Shown: positions 55,840-64,000 of the stretch, piece by piece | How positions within the stretch are numbered: the stretch's first letter is position 1 | Layout of the letters: each line of letters opens with the position of its first letter | Source: Octopus sinensis | Taxonomy: Eukaryota | Reading direction: 5' to 3' | DNA length: 64,000 nt | NCBI RefSeq assembly: GCF_006345805.1 | Contig: NC_043004.1 | Location: 62,806,001-62,870,000, forward strand | The notes under the pieces: generated by a model | The model's input: only the letters and a program-made list of their open reading frames with translations | The model's database searches: none | What the model was told of the DNA's origin: nothing | Made by a program: the position numbers and the translations under genes

Positions 55840-56871
55840 TGTTTGTGTGTGTGTGTGTGTGTATGTCTGTGTGTGTGCGTGCGTTTGTGTGTGCTGTGTG
55901 TCTGTATGTGTGCAGATTTTTATTTAGTCGGTTATTGTCAAGCATTGATTTTCGCTTCAGTCAACATTGCCTTTTACCACACGGTTGGCAAAGTAATGCA
56001 CACTAGTTCTTTTCACGTGTTGGCATCATAAATTCCAGCAAAACATTTTGCGGAGTTCCTATGTTAGTATATTTATGATTTGGTAATTACTGTGCAATTA
56101 CAGATTTCGTTTTAATTTTTTATTGCTTCTCTCGAGTATAGTTAAGTTTTACTTATTCCTACAACTTGAAAAGATCAGCTATAAGAACGATTTCCACGTT
56201 CACCTCTTTATATTCTGAGTTCAAGTTCCGCTTAGTTTAACATTTCTTCGCTGCCAATAAAATAAGTGCTTGTTGTGTTATAGGGTTGCTGTACTCCATT
56301 AAACCTTTATCTCCAAAATCTTCCTCATCTTCTACACAAACTACTAAGAGTTATTCCTCTAAGTTCAACAGGAACACAGTTTTTAAAAGACAATTTATTA
56401 TTCATTCCGCTTATTTTTTTCTTGTACTTCAATCTCTCTTGGCATCCATTTGCAGTGCGATTTGATTTATTCTTCAAATGATTTAACAAATTGTAGTGAC
56501 AATATAATGTTTGAATATCAATCGGTCATGAATGATATTTCAGTGCTACTCATCAAATGGATCATTGAATAGTAAATGAACTGCTCCACCAATTTTCAAA
56601 TGCGTTTATCCAAAAGTAATGTCTTTGTGTTCTCAAAGAATGTATATTTTTATCACAAGAGTATCATAAATATGTGGCGTTCTTCCTAGGAAATAACTGA
56701 TGGTTGAAAACAATATAAAACGTGTGCGTTTGTGCCATTCTAAATAATCATTTCTTTTCATTGTCAGCATAAGATTAATTATTTGTTGACAGAGATTTGT
56801 ATTTTGTTATTAAATGGAAAAAAAACAGTATGTAAATAGACACACAAGTATACAGACACATATAAACATAC

Positions 56872-56951
<80 letters not shown>

Positions 56952-59520
56952 ATAAACATTTTTATATACATTATATATATATATATATATATTATAATAT
57001 ATATATATTTAATGCATATAATATATATATATAATATATAATATAATATATATATTACACAGAAATGATGGGCTACGTAAATTAATTCAATTACCTATTG
57101 TAACCTTAGGACATTTTAATTATGCGTTCGCGTGCTTGTTTGTTTCGAGCTTAACAATCGACCAATTAATGGAGTGAAATTATACGGAAAAAAATTGCTC
57201 TGAATAAGCTAGCTAGAGACTAGCGGTTCCCTATAATTTCAATTCATCAATTGACTTCTTAATAAGATTGAACTATGAACACGGCCATAGGACTATCTGA
57301 AGCAATTGTTGCATTATTGTTGGAAGTAAACTTTTGGCAGTGATTCTGAAATTTCCTTGGTTGCATGTAATCAATCTGACGGAGCGAAAAATCAACCAAG
57401 CTTCGAATTCACTGACAATTTATTGTAAATAACATATTTTGAATGATGTAAATGGACTCGTCCCACTATACAGGAATAAATCCAAGAGTGGCTCAGAATG
57501 ATTGTTATTAATTGCAGAATTATGTATTTCTTAGTTTTTTGAAATTGAGTACGCAAACGGTGAATCAATGGTTTTTAAGCAGGACGAGTTCTAAAAACAA
57601 AAAAAAAAACAAACTTTATTTAATAAATCAGAGTAAAACATGATATGTTATCATCAATGACGCCTGAACAGATTATATTTTCTTTTCCATTAATTATTGT
57701 TTTTGTTTTCGAATGAACATTTTTCAAAGTTGTTTCAGGAAACAGAAATGAAATTCGAAATAAACAGAGAATCATTTGTATTAAAACATAAAAAGGAAAT
57801 AAAAACAGATTCACATTATTCTCAATAAACATTTTGAGATATTAATTTGGTCCCAAAACTGAAAACAACTGTCTATATATTTCAAATAATGTCTTAAATC
57901 ATAATCTGTATCTTACATACACTTTTTCTGTTTATTATTTTTAAAAATTGCAAAAATCTCAATGTTTGTGCGCTTCATTATATTAAAGTTTTATTAAAAT
58001 AATTCATAATTTATATATTTCGTGGTTTATATAGATACATTGTATAATAATTTGTACTTCTAAATTCTTGTTCTAGGTAAAATACATGTAGCTGTAATTT
58101 TCGGTAAAAAAAATTATACTCGAAACAAGAAAGGATTAAGTAATATTTTGTGTGTATAATAAAAGTTTATAAATCAATATTGAAATTGTCTGAATCTTGT
58201 TATATATTCTGTAACAATGGTGTTATTCTACATTTTTCCTTACCTTCGTATATATAGATATTTTTCTTAGACAGGAATTATTGGCATTTTGCTGGGTATG
58301 ACTTTTATTATATCTGTCTTCATAGATATATAGTATCTAATATATCTGTGTGTGTTCGTGCGTATGTGTGTGTGAGCGCGCGCGTGTGTGTATGTGAACT
58401 TGTGAATCTGGGTTAGTGTATTTTCTTTGCACACAGAGAATGGGGAAATAATGACCTCAGATAATGTTACTGTTGCTTTTAAGGATACACTAATAGAACA
58501 AATATGCATAATAATTTAAGCGTTGTCCTCCACCTCAGAGACAAAATAGGAACTGTAACATAGAAAAAGAGATTTTGAGATTAATCCAACGGATTTTTCC
58601 ACTCATCTGTAGAAGATGCGATAAAAATAATTGAAATACTTACAGGCACCCACGGAAAAAAGCAGTAGCAAAGTCATATTTACACATAAATTCCCCAAAT
58701 ATATCTAAACATAAATTTCGTAGCAAGCCCCAACACACGTGTAATCGGTCAGGAACCAAAACTTAAAGTGGTTACCAGTCCTGAAGTGAATAGTAATAAA
58801 TTTACTTCTAATATAGGATGAAATATTTTTCAAAATAAATCATCAGTTTAAGGTGAATATTACAAACAATTCTTAAATAAGGGCAAAAGAGAGAAATTTC
58901 TATGCCAATATGCTGAGAAATAGACTTTATATCGTCAATCACCACATACAATATACATCACTATAAATACACATCGAGCTGAATCGACGAAAGCAAGCTA
59001 ACAGATTTTTTTCAAATGCCCTATCTCATACCGAACAATTTCCACTCATCAGTAGAGGATACGATAAAAATATATGAACTACAAGCACTCATGGAAAAAA
59101 GCAGAAGCAAAGTCATTAGTTTGCTTTCCTCGATTCAACACGATGTGTATTTATGGGGATATACATTCTATATGGTGATTGACCATTTAAAGTCTATTTC
59201 TCAAAAAATTGTGCAATTTTCGTTTGCCCTATTTTAAAATTGTTTATAATATTCACCTGAAATGGTATTTTTATATGGTGACCACTTTTTTTAATGTTCC
59301 AGTTAAGAGCTGCGGCCATGATGATGCACCGCCGTTTTGCGCTACACTGTTATTACTAGGAGCCTCCTCTAATAAGTGGCACTTGATGAAGAATAGAGTT
59401 TGATATAGCTACCCTCATTTGCACCTCCTGCCGTGAGGTAGGCTCATCTGGGACTCTCGCCAGGATTAATTTTTTTTAAATGTTATCCTATATATATATA
59501 TATGTATATATATATACAAT

Positions 59521-62448
59521 TTAATAAATAAAAATATATGTATAAGCATACATACATATATGTACGTACCTACATCTACATGTATATATGCATGCATATA
59601 TAAATATATATACGTGAGTACAGGATACCACAAATAGACGTAGAACTCAACGAGAAACGAAAACGTAAAAAAAAACATGGAAACGATCTTTTTTTAACAA
59701 CGAAAAAAAACAGAGTACAAGATAACAACACAAGGTAAATCCCCTCATCCAGCTGTCCCTCCCTAGTTCGCCTCCATGCGTGTTTCGAAGGTAAGGACAG
59801 AACACGACTCGTCGAACTAGCCCTTCCTGCGAAAGAATTAAATAAAATTCCTTTGCAGAGGGGTAAAAACAAGGAAAGAAAAAAAACGTGACAAATACAA
59901 GACGTAAAAACAATACAAATAAAAATACAAATAAAAAACAAATACAAAATAAAAATGCAAATACAAAAACAAAATACAGTACAAGAAAGAATAAAAACAG
60001 GACAAGGAAACAAACAATGAGGGCCTTTTTTAGCCTAGACGAGGAAAAATTCAAGAGCGCAGGAAAAAAGCATGTTCACTTGTAGGAGGCCGCCAGCGAA
60101 AGGACGTTGCTCGACCCGGCTGTGAGAGAGGTGAGGAGGAGTGAGAGAGAGTGAGATAGAGAGGAAAGGAAACCAGAAAGGGTGAAAAATAAGAAGGAGA
60201 GAGACAGGCAAAGAGGAAGACAGACAGGAAGGAAGGGAAGGTCAAGCAAAGGGTTACAGAGTTTCGCTTCATAATTATATATAAAAACTTACTTCGAGAA
60301 CAGAAAGGAAACGAAACGACGCGAGGGCGCTCAGTCATGCAATAATTTAATAAATAAAAATATATGCATACATACATATATGTACGTACCTACATCTACA
60401 TGTATATATATACATCTACATGTATTTATATATGTATATATATATATATATGCATGTATATATATACATGCATATATAAATATATATACGTGAGTACAGG
60501 ACACCACAAATAGACGTAGAACTCAACGAGAAACGAAAACGTAAAAACAAACATGCATGACTGAGCGGCCCTCACGTCGTTTCGTTTCCTTTCTGTTCTC
60601 CAAGTAAGTTATATATATATGTATATAATATATATTATATATATTATATATACATATATATAATATATTCTATATATAACTGCGGGTATATGATATGGCT
60701 ATCTACTATGTATAGTTCCTATTTAGTACTGGGATGTTTTTTATGATGGAGGAACTCCTGTATTTGCCTGAAAGTTGGGTCCTTCGTGTGCTTGGATAAA
60801 ATACGGATATCAAGTTGACCTAGGTTACGCCCATTTTGGTCTTTGGTATATTGGTAGAATATGAAGGACCGTATTTTGTCGTCATACTGCCTCAAATGTT
60901 CATTTAGTCTTACGGCAAATATCCTAGATGGCTCGCCTAGGTATATTACGTTTTAGCCTTTACATGCAACTTCTGTGAACCTTATACTGTATACTACAAT
61001 TCTAGTTCTATAGTTAATGCCAGACTTTTTCTTACTTACCATGCAATTATCATTCGTGCATGTGGTATTCTTAAATGTATATGTCCAACATAGTTGTGAT
61101 CTGGTGGAATTCCCTGGCTTTTCAACGATCTTAATGTTGCCTTTGGTCTCCTTCAGAGCCCTCCTAAATCTACGGTGTAGTTCTCCGTGCGCTGTGACCT
61201 CTATAATTCCTGATATTTGTCCGTCTTATACCACGTGATCACCCTGTTTCCTTTGTCGCTGCCTCTTTGTAATGTATTCCAGTCTTTACTTCTATATCTT
61301 GGGCAGGTTCCACTGGTTTCATTACTTATGATATATTATCATTTTAGCAACCCTGTATACCCGAAACCTGACTCTCCGATCATATCCAGAGAATTGCATG
61401 CGGTGCATGAAAATCTGTACATGTTTCTTTGTTTCATAGGGTTTGCATAGTGGGGACATGTTGGTCATTATCCTAACTACGTATACTATCACCATGTTGA
61501 TTTTCATGTTGTATGGCAACGATGTGTTCTTGTGAACAACGTAATTCGAAGCTACGCGTTTGAAGAAAAAGGAGTGGAAGAGCGTCATTCTGTTGCTCAC
61601 AATATCTGACCTATAGTGCCAAGGACGGAGAGTCTATTGTTAGGGTGCCTAGTGGAGTAATTTATAGCTACATTGATACTTTGTAGGATGGAGTGAGCTA
61701 TATGCTGGATGCTCTCCATTATGTTCTTCTCAGTTTCTGTATTACCGTTACTAGAGTTGATCTTAAATAGAATATTAATGTCTTCATACGTACAGTAAAG
61801 TAAAAGAGTCGTGGACTACTCTGCTTAGGATTGTTTAAGCTTTCTGTTCCACCCAGTCATGTAAAGGGCGGCTACATCTCTAGCTACACCGACACCAATG
61901 GCTGCCTCTTGAACCTGCATGTACAATTTCCTGTTAAACTTTAGTATGAGGCTCTTCAATGTGATACCTAAGCTCGGCCTTTGGCCGGTGCAGTCATTCT
62001 TTTCACCTGATTGTGGTTCTCAGGGTCTTGGGTGGAATAGTCCAGGCACTCCAGCGTTCTGCGGTGCTTTTCCTCACTGCTGATGTGATGGTGGGTGTTC
62101 TTCTCTGTGATCTGCTGGGGCAGAATCTACTAAGGTCACGGTTATCTACATAGTTACTGTCATAGCTTACATTAAGGAGGAGGCCCACTTACATCGGGTT
62201 GACTTCACTGAATTCTACTTTACTCTCACAGATAATAATCGCAATGCATTTTCCACAGCATAATCTATGTGAAATTACATCTAGGGTGAAATTACATCCA
62301 TACTACTCACTACACAACATGTGAGGTCTTTGGAGTGGCTGCACCTACGGATTTTACAGAAGAAATCCTCCGTGCTCACACAGGCACCTGGGAACATTTC
62401 GGTGAGTTGCGCTAATACCTTTGAGAGGAAGTAGGCTAGTCTATAATT
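59521..62448 (-). mobile_element. Penelope-like element (Neptune-type RT + Cys linker + GIY-YIG), 5'-truncated and decayed, with rearranged terminal repeats
   Basis: Minus-strand fragments from 62448 to ~60705: CVSTEDFF, VVSSMDV, FNRKLYMQVQEAAIGVGVARDVAALYMTGW, YCTYEDINI, HSFFFKRVAS, RMQFSGY, KIVEKPG, TCTNDNCMVS, IVVYSIR...IYLGEPSR.FAVRLNEHL, DPTFRQIQE, PVLNR. 59521-60610 holds direct and inverted terminal repeats. Confidence 0.82.
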
Positions 62449-62712
62449 GCTACTTCCTACTTTCTTTTATAGGTATAAACAGACAGGCAAACACATGCAT
62501 ACGCAAATGAAGACTGAAACACATGACCATATACAGACAGGCACACTTCACGAAGGGCACATAACGAGACACACGTCTATACATAACAGACGCACGTACA
62601 TAGTCACAAAAACAATAAAAGACACACTCAGTCATGCACACTATGGCAGACAGAAGTACACACACACGCACATTCAAACACACACTCATGCAAACACATA
62701 GATACATACGAT

Positions 62713-62744
<32 letters not shown>

Positions 62745-62747
62745 ATA

Positions 62748-62784
<37 letters not shown>

Positions 62785-62786
<2 letters not shown>

Positions 62787-63083
62787 GAAGTAAACACATA
62801 AATGTGAAACAGTGTAGAGAAAAGAGTACTCAAATACCAGTGGTAGAGTAATATGCTTTATTTAAAGCAGCAGAAAATTCAATCACAAAACCTGTTACTC
62901 TGAGTTTCAGGTTGCCGTTCGTCGGACAGGTTTGCTAGCAAACCTGTCCGACGAACGGTAACGTGAAACTTCAGAGTAACAGGTTTTGTTGAATTTTCTG
63001 CTGCTTTAATAAAGCATATTACTCTACCACTGGTATTTGATACTCTTTTCTCTACACTGTTTCACATTATGTGTTTACTTCGG
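62785..63083. mobile_element. ~300-bp spacerless palindrome of a Penelope-type terminal repeat with a hammerhead motif in each arm
   Basis: Centre AGGTTTGCT|AGCAAACCT at 62936/62937. Arms differ by a few indels and substitutions. (TA)n on both outer sides. Confidence 0.85.
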
Positions 63084-64000
63084 TATATATATATATATAT
63101 ATTCAAATTAGGTCTTAAGGCGGGATTATTGTTATTTTTATTGATATTAATGTCGGGTGAAAGAGTAACTGTATTATCATAGACCATTAAAGTTAATTTC
63201 TCTATACACATTATTTGTTCTACTTCTATTTATAGATTAAGCATTAAGTCTCTAATTCTCTGTTTATTGCCTCCTGCAATAATCTCAGCTAAACGTCTAC
63301 TGGCTGAATACGAAAACATTACTCTATGTGTATTAAATATGTTCCCATATTTACTAAGCTAAATAAAAGAAAAATTGGGATAGAACAACTTCCAAAATCA
63401 CTGTTGCTCTATTGACAAGAATAAGGGATGCTATTATGTTGCTATCAATGCTCTTCGATGCATTGTTGTATATTTCCAATAACGGAATCAAGGCAATTCA
63501 ACTTTCACCCTGAACATCCGACCAGTTATGCTTAACCACTGAAAGTGGAGAAATGTAGGAAGTAGAAGCGAAATGCTTTCCTTCAGAAGTAAATACATCG
63601 CCAATATTGGAATCTAAATCGCGTTATCATGATCGTGAATGCCCCTTCTGTAATACTAGTCATTGCGCCTGCGTATACGAATTTCAGAAGTCAGTGAACA
63701 ACGACACCTTGAATTTGCATATGTGTTTTAAACTCCGTACGTAAACATGCTGTATGCTACTATACATTGTCATCGGAGTATACTACATATTCTATATATT
63801 GTCGTCTTCTTTCTGATGAAAATGTTAGGATGGACATGGTAATTTTGAAAAACTTGTTTTGACACCATTGTCTCTCCGCAGCTGTTTCCTTTCTCAAAAT
63901 CCACAAGCCCCAAAACCCTGGATGCCCCATCTTCTCTGCCTATAACCGCTACACAGAATTGATCTCGAAATACCGCAACCGTGTACTTGCCCGTAGTAGC

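Noticed and set aside
55360-57060. Regular TT/AA interruptions in (TA)n arrays as a possible code or periodic signal
   Set aside because: Spacing is irregular. Single-base slips are explained by slippage or long-read consensus error.

Overview
AT-rich eukaryotic genomic DNA packed with microsatellites. The SINE and repeat content most resembles Octopus or another coleoid cephalopod (inference, no database search run). The only host gene I can support is the 3' half of a + strand orexin/allatotropin-type GPCR. It has three coding exons (25939-26080, 32868-32980, 42249-42412) with consistent splice phases, encoding ICL3-TM6, ECL3-TM7 and helix 8/C-tail. I found no TM1-TM5 exons in the window. 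The rest is decayed mobile DNA: R4/Dong-type RLE LINEs sitting in (TAA)n, two CR1-like LINE families, several Penelope-like (GIY-YIG) remnants, four to five Tc1/mariner remnants, two abundant SINE families and several foldback or palindromic structures. Most ORFs in the track are microsatellite artefacts. There is no CRISPR or other prokaryotic system. Best leads: (1) several unrelated families of minimal type I hammerhead-ribozyme motifs, including an outward-facing pair in a ~300-bp palindrome; (2) a CR1-like LINE whose 3' tail matches the dominant SINE, with a covarying hairpin (candidate partner LINE); (3) a (TAA)n-targeted Dong nest with possible non-autonomous passengers; (4) unusual pocket residues in the GPCR and dsRNA-forming foldbacks in its intron. 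These are plausible but may already be in repeat libraries; novelty cannot be asserted without searches.
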